A stretch of DNA of 64,000 nt, taken from the human T2T-CHM13v2.0 reference genome, Homo sapiens. Where the stretch lies: NCBI RefSeq assembly GCF_009914755.1, contig NC_060938.1; one strand, given 5' to 3'. Made by a program: the position numbers and the translations under genes. Shown here in pieces: positions 29,572 through 45,000 of the stretch (the first letter of the stretch is position 1; every line of letters begins with the position of its first letter). The notes under the pieces were generated by a model. It searched no databases. It was given only the letters and a program-made list of their open reading frames with translations, and was not told the origin of the DNA.

Positions 29572-29785
29572 CTAATGCGTTGTAAGTAGTTACTCAAGGA
29601 ATCAAAAATGAAGCATCACATAAAATATCGGTAGCAAACAGTCATTTCATTTCTGTCACATATTTATCTGGAGCTATGCAAGAGTCACCGGGGTAATAAG
29701 TTCCAGTTTATGAGATTATTAAGTGAACTGTATTCTCTTCATTTTATTTGTCTGCCACCATTTTCTTTTTTTCATTCATTCATTC

Positions 29786-30078
<293 letters not shown>

Positions 30079-30179
30079 TCTCTGCCACCATTTTCAAGAG
30101 TATTGTCACCTGCATGAGCAAACCTGGTTCATCACCACCTCTTTGTAAGAAAAAAGGAAGTGGGGAGAGTTGTGTGTAA

Positions 30180-30495
<316 letters not shown>

Positions 30496-31314
30496 TAAGG
30501 CAAAGAGTCACAACCAAAAACAAGGCTTTATTAACTTTTGCCTCTAAGAACCTGCAGTGTTGAGCCCTCTTTTATTCCTAGTATTACTACCTTTGGTGTG
30601 AACCGTTTTTTTATTTTTATTTTTACTCATTCTTCTGGAAGTTTATACGTTTTCTTGCCTGCTTTAAAGACAATCTATATTATTTTTCAAGCCCACAGTA
30701 ATGTGTAAGGCCTGTAATTTGGACACTTTTCAGTTATGTTTAAGGTTATGAGCATGTAAGATACTGTTGATATATGGAAGAATATGTCTAATTACCACTA
30801 GATAGCTTATATTGAAGAGATAATATCTAAATGTTTGTCCAGAGTTGATTGGGTGCAGTTTCATAGGTGTGTTTCTCAATAAATTGCATCCATGTTTTAA
30901 AGCATATAGGAATTTGAATACTGTTTAACCTCATATAGGCCTTGTTTGTAGGTTTAATATTTCTGAAGACAAAAGTCATCACAGCCCCCTTTAAGGTTCA
31001 GTAATATTAATAAAATTTGAGATACACAGGGTTAGAATCCAACAAATTCAGAAGAAAATTGTAAAATTATATAGCTGTAGAGCAGGAATGAAACTCAGGT
31101 TCTAAGTTCCTAGGGGACCATGAGCTACCATACAGGGGCATCAGTGACTGGGCATAGAGTTGGCAAAATTGCAGGATGGTAAGAGAGTGAGCTGTGGAGC
31201 CTAACTCTATGTGAACATGAATTTTTAAACTGCATGGTGCCTCAGTTTATCCATCTTTATGGTGGGGACAGTAGTAAGTTTTTCTTTTTCTGCTCAGTTG
31301 TCCGAATTATTTCC

Positions 31315-32232
31315 CTTGTCTGTCTTGTTGCCACTCTTGATGCTCACGTGAGAGGATCTAAGGTAATTTCTGACAGCCTGGGACTCCTTAAGGAAAAATA
31401 GAAGGTTCGACAAACCCCATTTTAGGAGAAACTCTGTTTTCCTCATGGAACCCCAAGAACTTTAAGCAGACAGGTCCTTCTCAAAACCTAAGGCTCTCCT
31501 CTGTTTTGCCTTGCGTTATCTGACCTTTTTGGTTTAGGTGGACATCAGAAATTAGTAGGGGAGAGAGATCTAAAGAAAGTTGTAGATGTGAAGATGTATT
31601 GATGGTAAGAAAAGTTATGAAGGAAAGAAATGTTGTATGAGAGAGGATCTTATATGGCAAATTGTTGTCCTAAAGTAGAATGACTAATTACGAAAGAGGA
31701 AAATACAGGACAGGTCAGAAAGTTTAATCATGTCATAGATGCTCTGTGGAAGTTGTGTTATGGTTCATGAAATGGGAAAGAAAATCTTAACAGCTGCTAG
31801 ATCTTTTTCTGTCTAGAAGTGTTGTGTATGTGATGTATATATAAAGGAGCTCTAGTGGCTCGGCTTAAAAGAAAATGAAAGCTCTTAAATATTTTGTCAG
31901 AAAAACAGAAGCTCTAATGCCTTTTATTTCATGTGAGTTCAGTAATCTTGGGGAAGTAAAGACAGTGTTAAAATCATTGGTAAAATAAAAATATCTTCAA
32001 AATTTATCCATTTGGTGTAATTTAAGTCAAAGTTCAGAAGTGCTTTAATGTCATGAATTGATTGTTTGACTTTGGAAAATAGTTCTGTTTATCTGGTTTG
32101 GAGCCGTTAGATTTCTAGGTAAGGCCTCCAGACAGGTGGAGTTAGCCATGTCTCCTAGCTATGCTGGAAAGAGTCAGACTTTATCTACGGTTCCGTCTTG
32201 AATCCTAAACTCTGCACCTGGTATGTAATTAA
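31315..32232 (+). mobile_element. ERV1 (MER4-group) internal sequence fragment
   Basis: ctaaggtaatttctgacagcctgggactcc...aaaccccattttaggagaaactctg...tatgctggaaagagtcagac...gcacctggta resembles MER4-group internal regions; atataaaggagctcta...cggcttaaaagaaa is shared with 44465-44495. Confidence 0.55.
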
Positions 32233-34782
32233 AACTTCCTGCTGCTGCTAATCTCTGGGTTCCATTTAAAATCCTTCCGTCACATGAATACTATCCCCTG
32301 TACTAAATTTTTCCACAATTAAGTACTTAGAATAGTTTTTGCTGACTTGACCCAACCATTAGTGATATATTTTAAAACTACTTCTAATGTGTCACAATGT
32401 ATTCAGCAAATGCAGGGAATGACATTTTTCCTTTTGTCAGCATTTACATAGCATTTATGTAGCAATGCTATTTCAAGTATTTTTAGTCATTTAAATATTG
32501 AATAATAGATAATGCTTTTGATTCTTTCATTTCTATGTAAATAAATGTAATTGAGATATTTAGTAAATAGTATCAATTACATGTCTCACTTATAGAATAT
32601 ACTTATCAAATTGGGATTATTCTTTTTATACACTACATCATATTTCCTTGTTGGTTTTATAATAACTTAGAAATAATATTCTGGATTAACTGTGTGACTC
32701 ATGAGAGAGGGAGTTTGTGCAATTATAGTCTTTACAAATTTTTATTAGATTTTCAAGACTTACACTGGAACTGTGAGAACAAGGTAATAAATAAGCATAT
32801 CTATTAATATCATCTTTGGTCAACTCTTGGCTGGACCCAATGATAGTGTAGGAATTAACATAATTTTTCCTACTAAAGGTATTGGATTTGTTTTGAGAGA
32901 CCACAGTTTAATATCATTGACATAGAAAGTTTAAAAATTGTTAGACTAAAATTTTTTAGTGCTGTTGAAGTTGTTTTACAGAAAAATATCTATCCTGGTT
33001 TACATTGATAGTTTTTTTTATAAGAACTAGATCAAGAGAAAGGGAGAGTAGTGATAAATGTCCAGGTTTTCGAGTTGAAAAGTAACAATCAGTGTATTAC
33101 AACAGATAGATTTGATGTCAAATTGCAAATGCTGAAAACGTTATATGTAATTGACTAGCCAGAGTAATTATACAAGGCAAAGAAAGGAAAAGCATCTAAA
33201 TAGGAAAGGAAGGGGTGAGATTGTCTCTATTTTCTGAAAATGTAATCTTTTAACATAGGGAAAATCTTAGACTCCACCAAAAAAACCCATTAAAGCTGAT
33301 AAACACTATATTCAACAAAGTTGAGAGTTACAAAATTAACATACAAATAGTATTCTTGTTTTTATACACCGATGATAAACTATTATCTGAAAAATAAATT
33401 AATAAAGTAATTCCGTTTATAATAGCATCAAAACAAATATATAAATAAATAAAAGGCCAAGGAGTAATTTTAATGAAGGATGTGAATGATGTGTATACTG
33501 AAAATTATAGCACATTGATGAAAGAAATTGAAAGTGACATAAACATCCTATATTTATAAATTGAAAAAATTAATATTGTCAAAATTGCAATGCTACCGAA
33601 AGCAGTCTACAGATTAAATGCAACCACTATCAAACTCCAATGTCATTTTTCACAGAAATAGAAAAATTAGTCCTAAAATCTGAATGGAACCACAAAAGAC
33701 CCTGAAAAACCAAAGCAATCTTGAGCAAAAAGAACAAACCTGGAGGCATCAGACTATACCTAATCTTTGACAAAGCAAACAAAACATAAAGTGGGAAAAG
33801 ATGCCCTATTTGGTGCTGGCATAATTGGCAAGCCACGTGCAGAAAAATGAAACTGTTCTTCAAAAGGTTAAGTATAGAATTATCACGACTCAGTAAATTA
33901 ACTCCTATGTATACAGCAAAAAGGAATTAAAACAAATGCCTTACACAAAAAGTAGCATACAACTGTTTATGGCAACAAAAAGTAGGAAACAACAGAAATG
34001 TCCATCAGTTGAGGAGTGGATTAATAAAATGTGATCTGTCCATAAAATAAAATATTATTTGGCAATGAAAAAGAAAACGGTATTAATAGATGCTCCAAAA
34101 AGGATGAACATTGAAAAAATGATAAGTGAAAGTAGTGAGTCACACATAACTATATATTATTACGATTCCACTTACATGAAATGTCCAGAATAGGCAAATC
34201 CTTCCAGAATTGGCAAATCCTTAGGAAGTAGATGGATGATTGCCTAGGGCTGGGAGGGTTTTAAAGGAAGAGTGGGGAAAATGGGAAAAGATTGCTAATG
34301 GGTGCAAGGTTTCTTATAAGGAGCATAAAAGTGTTCTAAAATTATATTGTGATTGTTTATGCACCCAGTTAATACACTAAAAAAACCTGAACTTTATACT
34401 TTAATTGAGTGAATTAAATAATACATAAATTATATCTCAATGAACCTGTGAAAAAAGTTTAAAAATATGTGGTATGCATAAACAAAAAGTTCTTGTATTT
34501 CCATAGGGTTTTGGGGAACAGGTGGTGTTTGATTATGTGAGTAAGTTCTTTAGAGGTGATTCATGAGATTTTGGTGGACCCAACACCTGTGCAGTATACA
34601 CTGTATACAATTTGTAGTCTTTAATTCCTCACCCCCTCCCACCTTTTCTCCCAAGTCCCAAAGTCCGTTGTATTCTAATGCCTTTGCATCCTCACAGCTT
34701 AGCTACCTCTTATTAGCGAGAGCATACGATGTGTGCTTTTCCATTCTTAATGTTACTTCACTTAGAATGATAGTCTCTGATC

Positions 34783-35182
<400 letters not shown>

Positions 35183-35414
35183 TTAATCTACTCATTGATG
35201 GGCATTTGGGCTGGTTACATATTTCTGCTATTGTGAATTGTGCTGTTATAAACTTGTGTGTGCAAGCATCTTTTTTATATAGTGACTTCTTTTCCCCTCT
35301 GGGTAGATACCCAGTAATGGAATTGCTGGATTAAATGGTAGTTCTACTTTTAGTTCTTTAAGAAATCTCCACACTGTTTACTATAGTGGTTGTACTAGTT
35401 TACATTACCACTAG

Positions 35415-35818
<404 letters not shown>

Positions 35819-37094
35819 GACATTGTGGTTTTGATTTGCATTTCCCTGATCTTTAGTGGTGATGAGCATTTTTTCATGTTTGTTGGCCATTTTTTATATC
35901 TCCTTTTGAGAATTGTCTATTCAAGTCCTTAGCCCATTATTTGAAGGGATTGGTTTTTTTCCTGTTAATTTGAGTACCTTGTAGATTCTGGTTATTAGTC
36001 CTTTCTCAGACGTATAGATTGTGAAGATTTTCTCCCATTCCATGGGTTGTCTGTTTACTCTGCTTATTGTTTCTTTTGCTGTGCCAAAACGTTTTGGCTT
36101 GATTAAGTCTCACCTTTTAATCTTCATTTTGTTGTTGTTGCACTTGCTTTTGGGTTCTTGGTCATGAAGTCTCTGCCTAAGCCAATGTGTAGAAGGGGTG
36201 TTTTCCAATGTTACCTTCTAGAATTTTTATGGTTGCAGGTCTCAGATTTAAGTTGACTTTTGTATAAGGTAAGAGATGGGAATTCAGTTTCATTTCTTGG
36301 GATGTAGCTTGCCAATTATCCAAGCACCATATGTTGAGTAGGGTGTTCTTTCCCCACTTTATATTGTTTGCTTTGTCAAAGACCAGTTGGCTGTAAGTAT
36401 TTGAGTTTACTTCTGGGTTCTCTATTATGTTTCATTGGTCTATGTGCTTATTTTTATACCAGTATTATGCTGTTTTGCTGACTATGGGTTTGTAGTATAG
36501 ATTGAAGTCAGGTAATGTAATGCCTCCAGATTTGTTCTTTCTGCTTAGTCTTGCTTTGGCTATGTGGGCTCGTTTTTTTTTTTCCCATATGAATTTTAGA
36601 ATTATCAGGAGCCACCAGGTGCTGCAGCAGCTTTGGGATAACTTGAGGGCGCATCCTGGGGAAGAAACACCTCCTGTCCATGGTGCTAACTGCTGAGGAC
36701 AGTGCTTTGGCGTGGCTTCTCCGTGGCCCAGCTTCTTTGGGGCGTTTTTCTTTCATGGTGAGTACAGAAGCTTTCGTTTTGTGGAATGTTCTGTGTATTT
36801 CTGCTAGATTCTCATTCCTTTTTTCTCTCTTGATATCTTGCCATTAATTTTACAGTAGTACTCATTCCCTGAGGGCTTTTGAGGTTGGAATGTGTGGGAG
36901 GCTTTAGGGCTGTTTCTGAGGGAGACTCCCCATGTAGGTGGAGAGGAAAGCTCTGGCTGTGGGAGGAAGGGGAAGCCTGGCCCAGGTGGGGTTTTGGGGC
37001 CAGGCCCCAGTTTGGCTGCTTTGCTTTCAAGCCTCGGATGGAAGGAAAGGATCCAACTTAACCTCCAGGGTTTGCTGATTTTTTAATTGTTTTT

Positions 37095-37393
37095 ATTTTT
37101 ATTTTTTGGAGATACAGTCTTGCTCTATTGCCTGGGCTGGAGTGCAGTGGTGGATCTCAGCTCACTGCAACCTCCATTTTCTGGGCTCAAGGGATTCTCC
37201 AGCCTCAGCCTCAACAGTATTTTGGCCTATGCCACCATGCCCAGCTATTTTTTTTTTTTTTTTTGTATTTTTGGTAGCAACAGGGTTTCGCCATGTTGCT
37301 TGGGCTTGTCTCAAACTTCTGAGCTCAAAGCAGTCCTCGCGCCTCAACTTCCCAAAGTGCTGGGATTACAGGCATTAACTACTGCACCCAGTC
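37095..37393 (-). mobile_element. AluJ-like element (shared with 59715-60160)
   Basis: Diverged antisense Alu with gggctcaag and gagctcaaagcagtcctc. Confidence 0.8.
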
Positions 37394-37756
37394 TGGTGAA
37401 TTTTTAAATCTGTATCCCTGCTGTCGGGACGTAGGGGTCACATTTCTCCACTCCCTGCAGTGCCTGCCTAACTCTGTCCCTCTAGTCATGGCCACCTGAC
37501 TGGGGGAAGGGACCTTGAGTGTGGTTTACTGTCCTCTTTGCAGAAATGTCTATTCAGGGTCCCTGCTCATTTTTGGATGGATCATTGATTTTTTTGTTGC
37601 TACTTAGTACTGTTAATGTGTTGTATATTTTCCATAACAACCCCTTAGCCGATTCGTGATTCCTCAAAACATTCTCCCAGCCTTTCTTTTTGGGTTCATT
37701 GTTTCCTTTTCCTTGCAAAAACTTTTCACTTTGATGTAGCCATGCATGTTTTCTTA

Positions 37757-38033
37757 TGGCCAGGCATAATGGCTGGTGCCTGTAATCCAAGCACTTTGCA
37801 AGGCCAAGGTGGGCAGATCACTTGAGCCAAAGAATTTGAGACCAGCCTAGGCAACATGGCAAAAGTTCATCTCTACAAAAAATACAAAGAAATTAGCCAG
37901 GCGTGGTGGTGTGTGCCTGTAGTTCCAGCTATTCAGGAGGCAGAAGTGGGAGGATCAGTTGTGCCAGAGAGGTCAAGTCTGCAGTGAGCCATGATCATGC
38001 CACTGCATTCCAGCCTGAGTGACAGAGTCCTTG
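37757..38033 (+). mobile_element. AluJ-like element (shared with 60527-60812)
   Basis: gatcacttgagcc...gggaggatca...ggtcaag.ctgcagtgagccatgatcatgcc. Confidence 0.85.
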
Positions 38034-41000
38034 TAGTTATCACTTCTATGTTTCCTTCAAATTTTCTAACAATTTTTTTGAGACAGAGTTTCATTCTCTC
38101 ACCCAGGCTGGAGCACAACGGCATATCAGGGATTGTGAGTCCTCCAACTTAGTTTCTATTTCTCAGGATTCCTTAGACATTCAGGGCCATTTGTGGTTCC
38201 ATGTGATCATCAGCATTGTGTATTCACGTTTCTTAAATTTCTGTGCATAGTAAAGTATATAATCAGAGAGTCTGCTAGGACTGTTTTTCCTCTGGCACAT
38301 TTTGATTCATGTATATTTTTAGTAATGATCAAATCAGGGTACTTGGCGTATCTGTTCTCTCATACAGGTATTATTCTTTTGTGAAAACATTGGAATTGCT
38401 CCCTGTGGCTTTTTTGAAAAATATAGTATTAACCAGAATCACGGAGCTGTGGTATAGAGCACAAGAATGTATCTGTCCCAACTAACTGCAACTTTGTTTC
38501 CACAACCAATCCTCCCATTCCCTCCTTCCCCTCTCCTCAGAAAACCACTACTTATCCAAGGCAAAGTTTTCTGGATTCCATATAAGTGAGATGAATCTGT
38601 GGTTATTTTTCTATGCTTGGCTTATTTTATTTAACATATTTTCCAGGTTCATCCATATGGCTCCAAATGAAAATTACATTAATTATGGATGAAGAGTATT
38701 GTGTTGTGCAGATATACTGCAGTTTCTTCATCCCTTCATCTATGGATGGACAGGTAGGTTGATTCCATATCTTCTATGTTGCGAATACTGTCATGAAACA
38801 TGGGAAGGCAGGTAACTCCTTAAGGTACCGGTTTCCTTTGCTTTAAATGCATATGCAGTGTGAGGAACATCCCAACTTTTTCACAGTGTATTCACTAATT
38901 CACATTGGCATCAATAGCGTATAAGAGTTTCCCTTTCTGTAAGTCTACACTGGCTGCTACCTTCCAAAAATGTTATTCCTGTTTTTGGTAATATTCTCAG
39001 TGGAGTTTGATGGTATCTGATATTGGAGTGTGATTCTGACTTACATGTTTGGAGTGATTAGTGATGTGGAGAATCTTTTTTTTCACCTGTGAATCAGTTT
39101 CATGTCCTTTGCAGAAGTGATTGTGCAGGTCCTTTGCATATTTTTAGCTTGTGTATTTTTTTAATCTTTTCCCCACTTAGTAGCTTTAGTGCTTGCATAT
39201 GTTAGATAACAACCCCTTCCAAAATCACGATTCTCCACAATTTTAACCCAATCATCCTTTCCGCCAAGGTAAGATGCTTTCTCTTTAGGTTCATTGTTTT
39301 CTCCCCCATGCAGAAGCTCTAAAGTGTTGGTCTCACAGTTTTTTATTTGCTTTTGTCAGCAGGGATTTCTGTGTCCAATCAGAGAGAGAAAAAAGAGATC
39401 ACAAAGTCATTGTATTGTCTACAGGTATTTTCCCTGTAAGTGAGAGCATGTGGTATTTTGTTTTCTGTTAGATTGTGTTAGTTTGCTTAGCATAGTGACC
39501 TGCAGGTCCATCCTTGTTGCTGTCAAGAGCATGAATTTTTTTTAAGCTGTGTAGGATGTTGTGGTATCTATGTATAGCACTTTTAAAGCATGTAATCAAC
39601 TGTTAAGGGGGGACATAGGTCGATGTTATTTTATATTTCCATGTGAATAGCACTTCCAAGAACATACCCATGCCTGTGTCATTTTGAAAGGAAGATTTAT
39701 GATTTATTTTCCTTTGTGTAGATACCCAGTTATGTGATTGCTCATTTGGATGGTAGTTGTTAAGTTCTTTGTGGAACCTCCAAACCACTTCTCATAGTGT
39801 GAGAACTAGTTTTTATTCCCACCAAGAGTGTAGCAGTGTTTGCTTTCCTCCATTGCCTTGCCACCATGTTAATGCTTGGACTTAGGACAAATGGCCATTC
39901 TGACCGATGTGAGATGGTATCTCAGTGTTCGTGAGAGTTGCATTTCTCTGATGATGAGGGATGTTGAGGTGTTTGTTCATGTTCTCTACCCATTGTTTGA
40001 ATGGTTTGTTTTTCTGCCTCTTGATTTTTTTAAGGTCATATTAGAGTCTGGCTATCAGACCTTGGTGAGAAGCATAGTTTGGGAACATTTTCTCCCATCC
40101 TGTAGCCTGTGTGTTTACTGTGCCAGTGATTTATTTTGCTATCTGGCAGTGTTATAGTTTCTTAGGCCCAGCTTGTCCTTTTGGTTTTTCTTACTGTTGC
40201 TTTTTGTTTAAATGCTTTTCCAAAGCCCGTACTGAGAAAGATATGTCCTAGGTTTCCTTGTAGGACTTTTATAGTTTGAGGTATTCTGCTGAAATCTTTC
40301 ATTCACCTTGGGTTAGTTTTTGTATCTGACGAGAGTTAAGGCTCCAGTGTTGTCCATCTGCATGTGTCTAGCCACCTAGCCCAGTGCCCTTCACTGCATA
40401 GTGAGCCTTTTGTCCATCTGACGTTTGGTGTTTCAGCATGGCTTTGGAGTTTCAGGGCATTTTGTGGTCCCATGGGAATTTTAGCATTGTTTGTTTATGT
40501 TGTTTTTAGGAAACAAAATTGGCCCTGTCCTAAATATGTACAATTAGAGGGTAGAGTGGGACATTTGGGTCCATGCATGCATCGTATAGGGATGAAATCA
40601 GGGTATTTAGCATCCTTTCATGCCTGGTAGAGTTTTCATGTCTTTGAGTGAGGAGAGCGAGAACCCTCCTTTCTGGCTGTCTTGAAGACCACCCTTTGGT
40701 AAAATTTTCCCTAGTCATCCTGCTGAGGAATAGAACAGCAGGTTTCATTCCTCTCATGCAACGTGTCACTTTGTACCTGTTTCCTATGCCCACCCTTGCC
40801 CAGCCTTCTGTTCCAACCCTGGCAAGCACGATGGTGCTTTGTAGGTCTGTGTGAGATAAAGTTTCCTAGATTCCTCATGAGTGAAGTGATGCGAGGTTTG
40901 TCTTTCTCTGCCTAGCGTGTTTTGTTTACCATAATGTTCTCCAGGTTCCACAGTGTTGCCACGGATGACCTGATTTCAGTACCCGTGTCTGGCTGAAGAG

Positions 41001-42091
41001 TATCTGGTTGTGACTGGATACTGCAGTTTCTGGATCTCATCCTCTGTGGGTGGACAGGTAGGTTGATTGCTTATCTTGGCTATTGCGACTGTTTCCACAG
41101 TCAGCGTGGGAAGGCAGATACGTCTTCTGTGTACTGATTTCATATGATTCCAGTAGCAGCACAGCTCAGTGGTTGTAAGTTTAGTTTTCTGAGGAACCTC
41201 CAGGTGGCTTCTGTAGTGTGCATACTAATTACCTGTTAACAGTTGTGGATAAGAAAGCTAACCTCTCTGGAAATTCACAGCAGCTTCTTTTAAGATACAC
41301 AAAGGTCTTTGTAATAATCGTTCCACCAAGAGAGGCACAGTATCTGAGTCTTGTTCTGATTTTCATTTTTGCCATGATTAGTGGTGTTAACCAGGTGTTA
41401 ACAAGCATACTTATTTTCAGTTTTATGTGTCCTTTGCAGAAAAGCCTCTTTGGTTTCTTTATCCAGTTTTGGTTTGGTAATTAATTTCTGTTTTCTGGTG
41501 TTTTTTGCTAGTTAGTAATGTTAGTTGTGTTTTTTGCTAGTTAGTAATGTTAGTTACACCTTTTCCAAAAAATGCCTCATCAGCTGTGTTTTTCTCCAAA
41601 TGCTTCTTATCATCCTTTGTATGTTTCTTTCTTTTCATTCATGTTTTTCATTCTTTCTTGCCCAGAAGCCATGTAGTCTGATGCAGTTTCAGGTGTGTGC
41701 AGTGTTCTGGTTTTCCCTTACTTTGGTGACTGATGAAGTTAAAGAAATTCACTAGCTTATCAATCTGTTGCCAGTGAGTTTTGGTTGTTGCTTGTTTGTA
41801 TTTTTTTTGTCTTCTTTATTTTTTCTGTTTTCCTTTTTGCAAACCATGAGCATAGATCCCAGTTGACCCTGGTATCCGCACACTATATGCTTTCTTCTTA
41901 GAGAATGACTTTATCAGTTTTGGGTTTAGGTATTTCTTTCGTGTTGAATGAATTGTTGTGAATTTCGCACAATAAGGCCCCTATGTTATTTTGCTTAGGG
42001 ATATCCAGTTCCCTGAACACTGTATTGGACAGACTCTCCCTTCCCAGGGTGACTTTTGTGGTTGTTTTCAAACATGTGCTTACTCGTATGT

Positions 42092-45000
42092 TGTTAAAGG
42101 AAAGTATCTTGGTCCCCCAAAATCACTAAGGAAAACTCAGGCTGGAAACTGCTTAGGGCCAACCTGTCTCCCATTCTATTCAAAGTCACCCCTCTGCTCA
42201 CTGAGATAGATGCATATCTGATTGCCTCCTTTGGAGAAGCTAACCAAAACCTCTAAATAATGTAATTATTTGTGTATCTCTTATCCGTGACCTTGAAGCT
42301 CCCTCCCTGCTTCCAGTCTTCCTGCCTTTGCTTAAAGTTGTTCCACCTTTCCAGAACAAACCTATGTACTTCTTAACATACATTGATTGTTGTCTCATGT
42401 CTCGCTAAAATGTATAAAACCAAGCTGTGCCCTGACCACCTTGGGCACATGTTTTCATGACTTTCTGAGGCTTTGTCAGGAGTGTGTCCTCAACCTTGGC
42501 AAAATAAACTTTCTAAATTAACTGAGACCTGTTTCAGATTTTCAGAGTTCCCCTTTTGGTAACCACGAGGGATTCTGAGTGGAGATGCCCCTGACCTTTG
42601 GCAAATCTCCTGTCAGTGCTTGGGACCAGTGTGAGCTCACTTTATGACCCAAACCAATAGGACAATTTGCTGAGATCTGAGAGCACCCCCTCCAAAGAAT
42701 CCTTCATCTCCAAAACTTTGGTCAAGATCTAAAGTTTATTTTGCTGTACAACTCCTCTTTTTTTTTTTTTTGGAGTTTTACTTGCGTCCAACAAGACAAG
42801 TTTTCACACCTCCATGATGTTGGAAGGCAGGTAACTACTTTATAGAGTTTGAGCTCACTTCTTCTATTAGGCAAATTTGTTTTGTGTGTTTGTTTGTTTG
42901 CGTGTTTTTCCTGCTTCTAGGATAGTAGAGAGTAGTTTGCAGCCTGAGATCCATCACTAGGTAAGAAACTAGTTTTGGATTCTGTCTTGCAAATTCCTTT
43001 TAACGAATAAAGTTAACATTTAACAACCAGCCGGTGTTAATTTCTGCTTACACGTCAGAGTGCTCAGAAATCATATAATTTGTGTGACCATTGTTAGTTT
43101 AGCAGCATTTTGTCCTCGCTGAAATATGGTAATAAGATTAAAAGAGTTTTGTTTAAAGGAGCACAATTGTGTAAAAGTCAGCTTAATTAAAAGGGTAACA
43201 TCCAGATGTGTGTGCATGTGTGCGCATGTTTGTATTTGAAAGGCCTTCATGTTTTTGGTTTTTTTGTTTGTTTTACTCTCCTAAGACCTTGTCTTTTTGT
43301 TGTTGTTGAGCAAATGTGTTTATGTTTTTTTTGTCTTTTTTTTCTCAGTTGACCGAATTCTGTTTTCACTTGATTTTTCTTGACTAAAGTAGTTATTGCA
43401 ACAGAGGCTACTCTTGGGTTTTTAAGGAAGACTGTAGTTTAATTTTATGTTTAATTTGGCTCGAAGAAAATATTAGTGTCTCCCTCTAGCACCACCAGAC
43501 TCTTTCCTTGTGTGCTTTATGTAGTAAATTTTGCTATTTGATTTTCACCTGAATTGTTTCCCTTAACGTTCAAATTTAAGGCTGTTTAGTTGACAGCTGC
43601 CTAGGGTTGTGAAACAAGTTACCAAGAATCTGAAAGTCTGAGAGAGAAAAAAAGGGGGAGGTCTTCAATCTATAAGATGTACCGTGACAGCCCAATGCGT
43701 TCACCTTGCCCGCTGCCTAGACAGAACCGATTTATCAAGATAGAGGAAGTGCAGTGGAGAAGGAGTAATTCACGCAGAGCCGGCTGCATGGCAGACCAAA
43801 GTTTTTACTCAAATCGGTCTCCCCGAGCATTCGGGGATCAGAGTTTTTAAAGATATTTGGTGGGTAGGGGCTTGGGAAGTGGGGAGTGCTGATTAGTCAG
43901 GTTGGAGATGGAATCATAGGGGGTTGAAGTTAGGTTATCTTTCTGTCTTCTATTCATGGGTATGACGGCACAACTGGTTGGGCCAGATTACTGGCCTGGG
44001 CAGGGTCTGCAACACGTATCAAGCCCTGATCTTAGGTTTTACAGTAGTGATGTGATGTTACCTGCAGGAGCAGTTTGGGGAGGTTCAGACTTTCGGAGCC
44101 AGAGACTGCATGACCCCTAAACTGTACATTCTAATCTTGTAGCTAATATGTTAGTCCTGCAAAGGTAGACTGCTCCCCAGGCAAGAAGGGGTTCTTTTCA
44201 GGAAAGGGTTGTTATCAATTTGCTTTCAGAGTCAAACCGTGAACTAAATTCCTTCCCAAAGTTAGTTGAGCTTACACCAAGGAATGAACAAGGACAGCTT
44301 AAGGGTTAGAAGCAAGATAGAGTCGGTTGGGTCTGATTTCTTTCACTGTCATAATTTCCTTAGTTGCAGTTTTGCAAAAGTGGTTTCAGTACTTCCATAG
44401 ATATGCCTGATAGATTTTTAGATGTATTTATGTATTGTGTACAGAATGTTGGACTACTAAAAATATATAAAAGCTCTAATCGGCTTAAAGAAAAATAAAA
44501 CCACTTAAGTTAAATACTAAGAAAGACTTGTGAAATGCTTTTTCAACTTTATGTAACTTAAGCAAAATCTTTAATAAATAAGCTATCTTTAAAATTATTG
44601 GTAAAAAAATATTAGAAATGTCTTAAAAATTGGCAGCATACATTTTTGTTTACATTTAGTATCAACCAATTTCATACATATTCCTGCCAAATACTATAAG
44701 GTGTCAAAATTTGGCATTGGGGTTTCAAAAGTATAAACCCAGCCCAAAACGGAATGATCTTTACTTGTGTAATTTTTAATAAGTAAGACATTGATATGGG
44801 GTTTAATAAAAACAGCTGCATGTTGAATTTAGTAAGATTACTAGCACTTCTAATCCTGCGGCATTTGGCAGTCTAGTCCACAGACAATAAGGTAAGGACT
44901 GTTACTGCCTTTGTTTCAAATCTAAACTATAAACCAGGTTCCTCTCAGTGTTAGTTCAGCCTATGCCCAGGAATGAACAAGGACAGCTTGGAGGTTATGA

